Shown piece by piece: positions 1 through 8,165 of a stretch of DNA of 32,000 nt (its first letter is position 1; every line of letters begins with the position of its first letter). The notes beneath the pieces were generated by a model. It ran no database searches, was not told the origin of the DNA, and saw only the letters and a program-made list of their open reading frames with translations. Location: contig CP002278.1 in the NCBI GenBank assembly GCA_000166095.1, forward strand, positions 930,001-962,000, given 5' to 3'. This DNA comes from Methanothermus fervidus DSM 2088 (GTDB lineage: Archaea; Methanobacteriota; Methanobacteria; DSM-2088; Methanothermaceae). A program made the translations under genes and the position numbers.

Positions 1-1
1 A

Positions 2-634
2 TCTGAATTAGTGACAGGGGAAATTGAAATAGATAAAGATAAATGTATATTCTGTGGTGTTTGTGAGGAAATGTGTCCAGCAGCAGCTATAGAAATAGAA
101 TGGAAAGAACCTACATCTATTGATCCATCAACTGCTAACGATATACGGGTAGATGAGAAAAAATGTGTATATTGTATGATTTGTAAAAGAGTTTGTCCTG
201 TAAATGCAATAAAAGTGATATGTAAAGTTTGTCCATACGGAGAATACGAAATAAAAGAACCAGAAATAAAAGGAAGTACATATATAGACTCAGAATTATG
301 TGTTAATTGTGGATGGTGTCAGGAAACATGTCCAGTTGATGCTATAAAAATTGAGAAACCATTTGAAGGAACTGTGGAAATAAATGAGGAATTATGTCAA
401 GGATGTGCAACATGTGTCGAGGTATGTCCATGTAATGCATTATCATTCCCAAAACCATCAAAACCTGGAGAAAAACCACAAAAATTACACATAGAAGAAA
501 AATTCTGTGTTTATTGTGGCGCTTGTGAAAAAGCTTGTCCAACAGATGCAATAAAAGTTAGGAGAACTAATATAAAACATACGCCAATATTATCAAAAGC
601 TTGGAAAGTAAGATTCGACAGTCTAAAAGAATAA
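2..634 (+). CDS. fwdF: Formylmethanofuran dehydrogenase subunit F (polyferredoxin), 5'-truncated by window edge
   Basis: The frame is open back to base 2, with no stop upstream of the listed GTG at 11. The visible part has five complete CxxCxxCxxxCP [4Fe-4S] motifs ([60 protein letters not shown]). It lies directly upstream of fwdG-D-A-C-B, as in the known fwdHFGDACB operon. Confidence 0.85.
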   Translation, partial: SELVTGEIEIDKDKCIFCGVCEEMCPAAAIEIEWKEPTSIDPSTANDIRVDEKKCVYCMICKRVCPVNAIKVICKVCPYGEYEIKEPEIKGSTYIDSELCVNCGWCQETCPVDAIKIEKPFEGTVEINEELCQGCATCVEVCPCNALSFPKPSKPGEKPQKLHIEEKFCVYCGACEKACPTDAIKVRRTNIKHTPILSKAWKVRFDSLKE

Positions 635-649
635 AAGGAGGTTCTAAAA

Positions 650-898
650 TTGGCATTGGAATTAAAAGTATATCCAGACCTTTGTCATGGTTGTGGAAAT
701 TGTGTTGTAGCCTGCCCTGTAAATGCATCAAATAATCCTGACGTTGCAGGAGGAAAAGGTCCAACAGAAGACAATAAATTGGTTATAATAGTTGAAGATG
801 GAACTGTAACTATTTTAAATCCTGAATTGTGTGAAAAATGTGGAACATGCGTTGAATCTTGCCCTGTTGACGCAATAAGATTGGAGGAATCAAAATGA
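650..898 (+). CDS. fwdG: Formylmethanofuran dehydrogenase subunit G (2x[4Fe-4S] ferredoxin)
   Basis: 82 aa with two CxxCxxCxxxCP motifs (CHGCGNCVVACP, CEKCGTCVESCP). TTG start preceded by AAGGAGG. ATGA overlap with fwdD. Position in the operon fits. Confidence 0.85.
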   Translation: MALELKVYPDLCHGCGNCVVACPVNASNNPDVAGGKGPTEDNKLVIIVEDGTVTILNPELCEKCGTCVESCPVDAIRLEESK

Positions 899-1278
899 AG
901 GCAATATTAAATACAGGAAGGACAATATGGCAAGGACAGGCAATAGAAGCAGGTAAGGATTTAGATTTATATATAGATGCAGCAGCTGTTGTATATATGA
1001 ATCGTGAAATGATGAATGAATTAGGAGTAAAGGAAGGAGATAATGTTAAGGTCAAATCAAAATATGGAGAAGTAGTTGTTAAAGTTGTAGAAGCAAAAGA
1101 ACCCTTACCAGAAGGGATGATATATATTCCTATGGGTCCTTGGGCAAATAAGGTTGTTAGACCAAATACCGATTCTACTGCAACACCAAGTTTTAAAAAT
1201 GTTCCTGTTGAAGTGGAACCAACTGATGAAGAAGTTCCCGACATGCCTACTTTAATGAAAACTTATGGAAAAGAATAG
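895..1278 (+). CDS. fwdD: Formylmethanofuran dehydrogenase subunit D (molybdopterin dinucleotide-binding domain protein)
   Basis: 127 aa. Size, operon position and sequence pattern (LNTGRT..QG.....K....Y....A.V.MN..DM..LG...GD.V.V) are typical of FwdD/FmdD. Confidence 0.9.
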   Translation: MKAILNTGRTIWQGQAIEAGKDLDLYIDAAAVVYMNREMMNELGVKEGDNVKVKSKYGEVVVKVVEAKEPLPEGMIYIPMGPWANKVVRPNTDSTATPSFKNVPVEVEPTDEEVPDMPTLMKTYGKE

Positions 1279-1291
1279 GGGTGAATTAAAA

Positions 1292-3031
1292 ATGGAATAC
1301 ATAATAAAGAATGGTTTTGTTTACTGTCCTTTAAATAATATTGACGGAGAAAAAATGGATATTTGTGTAAAAGATGGTAAAATTGTTGAAGATGTAAGTA
1401 GCGATGCCAAAATAATAGATGCGAGCGGAAAAATAGTAATGCCTGGTGGTGTAGACCCACATGCACATTTAGCTGGAGGAAAAGTAAACGTTGGACGAAT
1501 GTATCGTCCTGAAGATAGTAGACGGGATGTTGAACCTAAAATTAAAGGAGGAAGATCTGGTAGTGGATTTTCAGTGCCTTCAACTTTTATGGCTGGATAT
1601 AGATTCGCACGTATGGGTTATACAACTGTAATGGAAGCTGCAATGCCTCCTTTATTAGCAAGACATACACATGAAGAATTCCATGATACTCCAATCGTTG
1701 ACCATGCTGCATATCCGCTATTTGGTAACAATTGGTTTGTAATGGAATATTTAAAAGAAGGTGATATAGACTCATGTGCAGCATATGTGTCTTGGTTGTT
1801 AGAAGCAACAAAAGGATATACCATTAAAATTGTAAATCCTGGAGGAACTGAAGCTTGGGGATGGGGAGGTAACGTACATAGTTTGGATGATCCAGTACCT
1901 TATTTTGAGATTACACCAAGAGAAATAATAAGAGGTCTTGCTGAAGTAAATGAAAAACTTCAACTACCACATTCAATACACTTACACTGCAACAATTTAG
2001 GACATCCTGGCAATTATGAAACTACTCTTGAATCATTCGAAGTTCCTAAAGGTATAAAACCAAATCCTGCTACAGGAGAAAGAGATACAGTTATTTATGC
2101 AACTCACGTCCAATTCCATAGTTATGGTGGAACAACATGGAGAGATTTTGAGTCAGAGGCTCCAAAAATAGCTGATTATGTGAATAAACATGATCATATA
2201 ATTATAGATGTTGGTCAAGTGACTCTTGATGAAACAACTACAATGACAGCCGACGGACCAATGGAATATGATTTACATTCATTAAATGGTTTAAAATGGG
2301 CAAATTGCGATGTTGAACTAGAAACAGGTTCTGGAGTAGTTCCATTCATATATTCACCTAAAGCTCCAGTGCCTTCAGTACAATGGAGTATTGGTCTAGA
2401 GTTGTTTTTACTAATAAAAGATGCAAGTAAAGTATGCCTAACAACAGATCATCCTAATGGAGGACCATTTACAAGATATCCACGAATTATTGCATGGTTA
2501 ATGAGTAATGAATACAGAACAAAATATATAGAGGAAAAAGTTCATAATTGGGCTCAAAGAAGAGGAAACATTGCGACAATTGATAGAGAATATACATTCT
2601 TTGAAGTAGCACAAGTTACTAGAGCTACTGCAGCAAAAGTTTTAGGATTAAGTGAAAATAAGGGACATCTAGGTGTTGGTGCAGATGCTGACATTGCTAT
2701 TTATGACATAAATCCAGAAGAGATAGATCCATCAAAAGATTATATGGAAATTGAAAAAGGATTTTCACGAGCCTCATATGTTTTAAAAGATGGAAAAATC
2801 GTAGTTAAAGATGGAAAAGTTGTTAGACCAAGATTACATGGTAGAACTTACTGGTCCAAGAGTAGAATAGAAAATGAAGACATCGTTGAAGAAGTAATGA
2901 AAGATGTCAAAGAAAGATTTAGACAATATTACTCAGTGAATTTTGATAACTACCCTGTTCAAAAAGCATACTTCCCACGTTTAGTTGCAGTTGAAGGTGC
3001 TAATTCACATATCCCCTTGCCTTCTGTATGA
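1292..3031 (+). CDS. fwdA: Formylmethanofuran dehydrogenase subunit A (amidohydrolase-fold)
   Basis: N-terminus MEYIIKNGFVYCP...GGVDPHAHL is the amidohydrolase HxH metal motif typical of FwdA. The ATG at 1292 has GGGGTGA 7 nt upstream. The ORF-track start at 1265 overlaps fwdD and is less likely. Confidence 0.95.
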   Translation: MEYIIKNGFVYCPLNNIDGEKMDICVKDGKIVEDVSSDAKIIDASGKIVMPGGVDPHAHLAGGKVNVGRMYRPEDSRRDVEPKIKGGRSGSGFSVPSTFMAGYRFARMGYTTVMEAAMPPLLARHTHEEFHDTPIVDHAAYPLFGNNWFVMEYLKEGDIDSCAAYVSWLLEATKGYTIKIVNPGGTEAWGWGGNVHSLDDPVPYFEITPREIIRGLAEVNEKLQLPHSIHLHCNNLGHPGNYETTLESFEVPKGIKPNPATGERDTVIYATHVQFHSYGGTTWRDFESEAPKIADYVNKHDHIIIDVGQVTLDETTTMTADGPMEYDLHSLNGLKWANCDVELETGSGVVPFIYSPKAPVPSVQWSIGLELFLLIKDASKVCLTTDHPNGGPFTRYPRIIAWLMSNEYRTKYIEEKVHNWAQRRGNIATIDREYTFFEVAQVTRATAAKVLGLSENKGHLGVGADADIAIYDINPEEIDPSKDYMEIEKGFSRASYVLKDGKIVVKDGKVVRPRLHGRTYWSKSRIENEDIVEEVMKDVKERFRQYYSVNFDNYPVQKAYFPRLVAVEGANSHIPLPSV

Positions 3032-3041
3032 GGTGATATTC

Positions 3042-3854
3042 ATGAAAGAATTAATATTAGTTCCAAAAGATCAGCCAGAAGTACCACTTGAAGCTCCTGT
3101 AATAAAACCAGATGTTTTTGCAGGTAAAAAGATAAAAGAAATTGAAGAATTAGAAATTAGACAAGGTAATACAGTGGTAAAATTATCAGAGTTTTTTGAT
3201 GTCAGTGGTAAAACTTCAGAAAATCCAAATGAATTACGAATAGTTATAGATGGCGATGCAAACAGGACAAAAAGAATAGGTGAAGAAATGAAAAGCGGTG
3301 AAATCATTGTCAATGGCGATGTGAACATGTATGTAGGAGCAGCGATGAGAGGTGGAAGGATTGTTGTTAATGGCAACGCAGATTCATGGGCAGGTCAAAA
3401 TATGCAAGGTGGAGAATTAATAATCAAAGGAGATGCTGGAGATTATTTAGGTTCTGCCTACCGTGGCGACTGGAGAGGCATGAAAGGTGGTACAATAATT
3501 GTTCATGGAAATGTTGGAAATGAAATAGCAGAATATATGCGTGGAGGAAAAATAATAGTCAAAGGAAATGCAAATATAATGCCAGGAATACATATGAATA
3601 ACGGACTTTTAATCATTGAAGGAGATGTAGTAGCAAGAGTCGGAGCTGAAATGTTAGGAGGAACCATTGTAGTTAAAGGTGTTATAGAGGAATTTTTACC
3701 AGGATTTGAATATTTAGGAGTTGAAAAAGATATCAATGTCCAAAATGAGTCAATTTCTGGTTTATATTATAAATTTAGAGGAGATTATGCTGTTAAAGGT
3801 GCGAAAGGAATTGTTTATGCCGCTGTCGGAAAAAACGACCATATAATACCTTAA
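3042..3854 (+). CDS. fwdC: Formylmethanofuran dehydrogenase subunit C (GXGXG beta-helix repeats)
   Basis: 270 aa from the ATG at 3042 (AGGTGA at 3031-3036). Repeated G-x-x-G-x-x-M-x-GG-x-I-x-V-x-G-N/D units, as in the glutamate synthase alpha C-terminal domain and FwdC. Confidence 0.95.
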   Translation: MKELILVPKDQPEVPLEAPVIKPDVFAGKKIKEIEELEIRQGNTVVKLSEFFDVSGKTSENPNELRIVIDGDANRTKRIGEEMKSGEIIVNGDVNMYVGAAMRGGRIVVNGNADSWAGQNMQGGELIIKGDAGDYLGSAYRGDWRGMKGGTIIVHGNVGNEIAEYMRGGKIIVKGNANIMPGIHMNNGLLIIEGDVVARVGAEMLGGTIVVKGVIEEFLPGFEYLGVEKDINVQNESISGLYYKFRGDYAVKGAKGIVYAAVGKNDHIIP

Positions 3855-3870
3855 AAGGAGGTTTTATAAA

Positions 3871-5169
3871 TTGAAATTAGTTAAAAATGTTGTATGTCCA
3901 TTCTGTGGAACTTTATGTGATGATATAATTGTAAAAGTAGAAGGAAATGAAATTGTTGGAACAATGAATGCCTGCCGTATTGGTCACAACAAATTTGTTC
4001 ATACGGAAGGTGCAACACGTTATAAAAAACCATTGATGAAAAAAAATGGTAAATGGGTCGAAATTAGTTATGAAGAAGCAATTGAAAAGACAGCAGAAAT
4101 CTTGGCAGAATCAAAAAGACCTTTACTTTATGGGTGGAGTTGTACTTCATGTGAAGCTCACAGTGTAGGTCTGGAACTTGCTGAAGAATGTGGTGCTGTT
4201 ATAGATAACACAGCGTCAGTATGTCATGGTCCTTCAATCCTTGCTGTTCAGGATGTTGGATATCCTATTTGTACACTTGGAGAAGTAAAAAATAGAGCAG
4301 ATGTCGTAGTTTATTGGGGTTGCAATCCAATGCATGCACATCCTCGACATTTATCACGCCATGTATTCTCAAGAGGATTTTTCAGAGATAGAGGTAGAGT
4401 TGATAGAACTTTAATAGTTGTGGATCCAAGAAAAACAGATACTGCAAAATTAGCAGATATACATTTACAAGTTGAATATAATAGGGATTATGAATTAATA
4501 GATGCCATGAGAACAATGATTCAAGGACATGACATACTTTATGATGAAGTAGCAGGAGTACCTAAAGATCTAATTGAAGAAGCCGTCGAAACAATGAAAA
4601 ATGCACAATTTGGTATATTATTCTTTGGTATGGGGCTTACTCACAGCCGAGGTAAACATAGGAACATAGATACAGCAATAATGATGGTTGAGGATCTAAA
4701 CGATTATGCAAAATTCAATCTTATACCTATGCGAGGTCACTACAATGTCACAGGATTCAATCAAGTAGCTGCTTGGGAAAGTGGTTATCCATACTGTGTA
4801 GATTTTTCAACAGATGTTCCAAGATACAATCCTGGAGAAACTGGTGCAAATGATTTACTTCAAAATAAAGAAGCAGACGCAATGATGGTTGTTGCATCTG
4901 ATCCTGGAGCACATTTCCCACAAAAAGCAATAGAAAGGATGGCAGAGATACCACTAATTGCTATAGAACCACACCGAACACCAACAACAGAGTTAGCAGA
5001 TATAATAATACCTCCAGCTATTGTTGGACTTGAAGCTGAAGGAAGTGCATATAGAATGGAAGGAGTACCATTGAGAATGAAAAAAGTTGTTGATACTGAT
5101 TTACCATCTGATGAAGAAATATTGAAAGATATACTTAAGAAAGTAAGAGAAATAAAGTCAGGTAAATAA
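3871..5169 (+). CDS. fwdB: Formylmethanofuran dehydrogenase subunit B (W/Mo-bis-pterin catalytic subunit, Cys type)
   Basis: 432 aa. N-terminal CPFCGTLCDD...C cluster motif. Formate-dehydrogenase-like metal-ligand motif ASVCHGPS carries Cys rather than Sec. TTG start after AAGGAGG. Confidence 0.95.
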   Translation: MKLVKNVVCPFCGTLCDDIIVKVEGNEIVGTMNACRIGHNKFVHTEGATRYKKPLMKKNGKWVEISYEEAIEKTAEILAESKRPLLYGWSCTSCEAHSVGLELAEECGAVIDNTASVCHGPSILAVQDVGYPICTLGEVKNRADVVVYWGCNPMHAHPRHLSRHVFSRGFFRDRGRVDRTLIVVDPRKTDTAKLADIHLQVEYNRDYELIDAMRTMIQGHDILYDEVAGVPKDLIEEAVETMKNAQFGILFFGMGLTHSRGKHRNIDTAIMMVEDLNDYAKFNLIPMRGHYNVTGFNQVAAWESGYPYCVDFSTDVPRYNPGETGANDLLQNKEADAMMVVASDPGAHFPQKAIERMAEIPLIAIEPHRTPTTELADIIIPPAIVGLEAEGSAYRMEGVPLRMKKVVDTDLPSDEEILKDILKKVREIKSGK

Positions 5170-5177
5170 CCCCTTCC

Positions 5178-6230
5178 CTATTTTTTTTCTATTATATGTA
5201 CAGCAGAAGCTTTAAATTGTATCCAAACTTCAGATCCTTTTTTAATTTCTAAATCTTCAAAAGATTTTTTGGTTAAATAAACATGGAAAATTTCTCCAAC
5301 ATCTACTATTAATTCCACAAGAGGACTACTATGTATCACATCGATAACATGTCCTTTAAATTCATTTAATGCACTAGTTCCAACCTTTTTCTTGGAAATT
5401 GTTATATCTTCTGGTCTTACAGTTACACACACTTTACCTTTGGCACTGTTTTTCTCTGCGGCTGTAATTTTTATATTACCTGTGTCAACAATAGTTAGAT
5501 CACCTTTTTTATATGCATTTCCAAATATTAGGTTTTTTACTCCGACAAAATTCGCTATAAATTCATTTTTAGGTTTTCTAAATATTTCTTCAGGCGTGCC
5601 CACTTGTAGAATTTTTCCATCTTTCATGATCCCAATTCTGTCTGCTAAAGCTAAAGCCTCTTTAAAATTATGTGTTACATGTAGTACACTAATATTAAAT
5701 CTTTCATGCATTCTTTTTAATTCCACCATTAGTTCGTCTCGGATTCTTTCATCCAAAGCACTCAAAGGTTCGTCTAAAAGTAATATTTTTGGTTCTATGA
5801 TTAATGCTCTTGCAAGAGCAACTCTTTGTTTTTCACCACCACTAAGAGTTCTTGGATATCTATGTAGTAGATGTTTTATCCCCAGAAGTTCAGCAATTTT
5901 TTTAACTTTTTTATCAATGTCGTTTTCTCCACGTACTTCCAAACCAAATGCTATATTTTCATGTACATTCTTATGTGGAAATAACATGTAATCTTGATAC
6001 ACAATACTTATATTTCTTTTTTCTGGAGGCAGGTATGTAACATCCCTTCCATCTATTATTATTTCACCAGAATCTGGGAACTCTACCCCAGCTATTAATT
6101 CTAAAAGTAATGTTTTCCCTGCACCAGAAGGGCCTAGTATAATAAAATACTCACCATCATTAACTTTTAAATTTATATTTTTTAATTTGAATTCTTTCCA
6201 ATCTTTATTTATATTTTTCAATTCAATCAT
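5178..6230 (-). CDS. wtpC: Tungstate/molybdate ABC transporter ATP-binding protein with C-terminal TOBE-like domain
   Basis: Walker A GPSGAGKT, signature LSGGEKQRVALARAL, Walker B LLLDEP. About 110 aa of C-terminal TOBE-like beta domain. The operon also carries a ModB-like permease and a WtpA-like binding protein. Confidence 0.8.
   Translation of the reverse strand: MIELKNINKDWKEFKLKNINLKVNDGEYFIILGPSGAGKTLLLELIAGVEFPDSGEIIIDGRDVTYLPPEKRNISIVYQDYMLFPHKNVHENIAFGLEVRGENDIDKKVKKIAELLGIKHLLHRYPRTLSGGEKQRVALARALIIEPKILLLDEPLSALDERIRDELMVELKRMHERFNISVLHVTHNFKEALALADRIGIMKDGKILQVGTPEEIFRKPKNEFIANFVGVKNLIFGNAYKKGDLTIVDTGNIKITAAEKNSAKGKVCVTVRPEDITISKKKVGTSALNEFKGHVIDVIHSSPLVELIVDVGEIFHVYLTKKSFEDLEIKKGSEVWIQFKASAVHIIEKK
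5181..5188 (+). terminator. Oligo-T tract (T8) 12 nt after the fwdB stop; candidate archaeal intrinsic terminator of the fwd operon
   Basis: TTTTTTTT lies directly downstream of the TAA at 5167-5169. It sits inside the last codons (..EKK*) of the converging ABC ATPase gene. Confidence 0.4.
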
Positions 6231-6997
6231 CTTTTTTCACCTATCAGTGCTCTCATTATAATAAATACTGCGAGACATATCAATATTAGTACAACTGCAA
6301 CTGGCCTGGCTGAATTAAGACCAAAATTGACAAATCTGTCATAAATCAATGTGGGTGCTATCATTGGATAATATGCTAAAACAATAACTGCACCAAATTC
6401 ACTTATTGCTCTTGCCCAAGTCATTATACAGCCAACAGCTATGTTTCTAATGGTTAATGGTAGAGTTATTGTAAAAAATGTTTTAAAACTACTTGCACCT
6501 AAAGTTCTAGCAACTTTTTCTAATTTTGGATCTACAGATTCGAATCCTTCCCTTACAGAATTTATCATGAATGGAACACTTACAAACAACATTGCAATTA
6601 TTATACCGGGCATTGAGTCTACAAACACTAAACCTATCTTATTGAACATTGGACCAAGCAATCCTCTAGGTGCAAAAACTGTTAATAATGCTATTCCACT
6701 TACTGTATGTGGTATTACAACGGGTACATCGATAATTGCCTCAATAAAACCTTTCCCATAAAAATCATACCTTGCTAATACATAAGAAAGAGGTACACCG
6801 AAAATTAATGCAATTAATGTAGCAACTAATGCACAGTATATACTTACAGATATTGCGGTTATCACTTCATTTTCAAGAGCTGTATGTGCAATCTTTACAG
6901 GATTTTCAGATAATATCATCGATGCTATTGGAATAACTATGAATGCTACTAAAAACAAGCCTAAAGATATGAAAAATATTTTCATGTAATCTTTCAT
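6227..6997 (-). CDS. wtpB: Tungstate/molybdate ABC transporter permease
   Basis: 256 aa and multi-TM. CysT/ModB-type EAA loop (LEKVARTLGASSFKTFFTITLPL). 4-nt overlap with the ATPase gene. Confidence 0.8.
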   Translation of the reverse strand: MKDYMKIFFISLGLFLVAFIVIPIASMILSENPVKIAHTALENEVITAISVSIYCALVATLIALIFGVPLSYVLARYDFYGKGFIEAIIDVPVVIPHTVSGIALLTVFAPRGLLGPMFNKIGLVFVDSMPGIIIAMLFVSVPFMINSVREGFESVDPKLEKVARTLGASSFKTFFTITLPLTIRNIAVGCIMTWARAISEFGAVIVLAYYPMIAPTLIYDRFVNFGLNSARPVAVVLILICLAVFIIMRALIGEKR

Positions 6998-7034
6998 TTT
7001 TTTGTGCCTCCAAAAATTAAAAAAAGGAGAAAAA

Positions 7035-8063
7035 TTATTTTTTAGGTACTACAAAATTTCTTAATAGAGGTGGTATCTTGGAAATATCAACGGTTGACAC
7101 TGCTGGTACTATTGGTTCCTGGTAATTTCTTTTGAGAACTTCTTGTCCATCTCTACTTAATAGAAATTGAACGAATTTTTCAGCTAAGTCTTTATGTTTG
7201 GAATTATTAACAACTGTTATTCCATACACAATTGGTTTAAGCTTTACAACTTGTTTTTTTGTATCTGCATATTGTACTAAACTAATTTTTTTGTATTCTT
7301 TTTCATATTTTGTTGATTTTAAATTTAATTTTTCTGGTAATTCTACATATTTTAGTTTGTGTTGCATTGCTACACTCTTATAGATGATTAGATAATCTAT
7401 TTGGCCTGATTCAAGTGCAGATACTAAATCAACTTCCTTAGGACGTATCATAACTTTTTTATCTGGTTTAAGATCTGAAGGTGCATACACAACATACCCA
7501 CTATCATTTGCAACAGAAGTTATGCTTGTATGTTTAGCAATAAGATTTTCAAAAATCGTATCATTATTGTAATATTTGTTTGCTAATTGTATCATCATCA
7601 CTGCTCTATAACCACATGGATCTAAGTTAGGATTACTAAATCCATATTTTACATCTGGTCTCTGAAAGATTTGATACCAATTCTCACCATTTATTTCATT
7701 TTTATATTTACTCTTATCTGTGTAGGCTATAACTAACTCATTTCTAGCAAATTGGATGTTCCAAGTTGCATATTTTGGTATCATCCTTTTATCAATTAAA
7801 TCATAATCAGCTACAGCAACGATGTCACCAGGTTTTTTTAAATCCGTTATTTGCCTAATTGCCTCAGCACTACCATGTGATTCTATTTCAATTTTTACAT
7901 CAGGATTTCTGTTTTCAAATTCTTTGGCAGCATCAGTAAGAGGTTTAGCCAAACTACCAGCGCAATATATTTTTAGAGTAGTTTTATGGCTTTGTTGATA
8001 TGCAAGTACTCCAACACCTAATACTGCCAAAATGATTATTATTATTGCAATTTTCTTGTACAT
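7035..8063 (-). CDS. wtpA: Tungstate/molybdate substrate-binding protein, archaeal WtpA-like, N-terminal membrane anchor
   Basis: 342 aa. N-terminal hydrophobic anchor (IAIIIIILAVLGVGVLA). Oxyanion-binding-protein motifs (YCAGSLAKPL, NPNLDPCGYRA). First gene of the transporter operon, with AGGAGGTGA before the ATG. Confidence 0.7.
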   Translation of the reverse strand: MYKKIAIIIIILAVLGVGVLAYQQSHKTTLKIYCAGSLAKPLTDAAKEFENRNPDVKIEIESHGSAEAIRQITDLKKPGDIVAVADYDLIDKRMIPKYATWNIQFARNELVIAYTDKSKYKNEINGENWYQIFQRPDVKYGFSNPNLDPCGYRAVMMIQLANKYYNNDTIFENLIAKHTSITSVANDSGYVVYAPSDLKPDKKVMIRPKEVDLVSALESGQIDYLIIYKSVAMQHKLKYVELPEKLNLKSTKYEKEYKKISLVQYADTKKQVVKLKPIVYGITVVNNSKHKDLAEKFVQFLLSRDGQEVLKRNYQEPIVPAVSTVDISKIPPLLRNFVVPKK

Positions 8064-8126
8064 TTCTTCACCTCCTGCATGTCATGTTAAGTTACTTTAT
8101 ACGATAGATTTAATATATGCATTTCG

Positions 8127-8157
8127 TCTTTAATAAAGTAAGAAAGATTATTAAAGA
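8127..8157. promoter_or_regulatory. Perfect 10-bp inverted repeat (TCTTTAATAA-N11-TTATTAAAGA) between the nflD-like stop and the wtpA promoter
   Basis: Read directly: 8127-8136 is the reverse complement of 8148-8157. AT-rich TATA-like elements (ATATATTAAA at 8110-8119 on the minus strand) lie just downstream in the direction of wtpA transcription. Confidence 0.4.
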
Positions 8158-8165
8158 TATAAAAA

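Noticed and set aside
810-1244. Long antisense ORFs opposite well-supported genes. Examples: 810-1244(-), 5392-5991(+), 8224-8604(+), 8758-9120(+), 15527-16033(+), 21758-22153(+), 22559-23197(+), 26958-27377(-), 28469-28894(-), 30603-30959(-).
   Set aside because: These are shadow ORFs. In AT-rich genomes with K/E/I-rich coding, the opposite strand is depleted in stops. Their products are low-complexity and S/F/L/I-rich, have no motifs or RBS, and each is fully covered by a gene with clear family signatures.
1265-3041. The longer ORF-track starts for fwdA (1265) and fwdC (2985), and similar upstream starts for thrS (11713), lysA (25577), srp54 (27771) and rpl21e (30335).
   Set aside because: Each has an internal ATG directly behind a GGAGG/GGTGA site. 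That ATG yields the conserved family N-terminus and removes an overlap with the preceding gene.
3871-5169. Selenocysteine recoding in fwdB.
   Set aside because: The ORF is uninterrupted, and the ligand position is a Cys codon within ASVCHGPS. There is no in-frame TGA.
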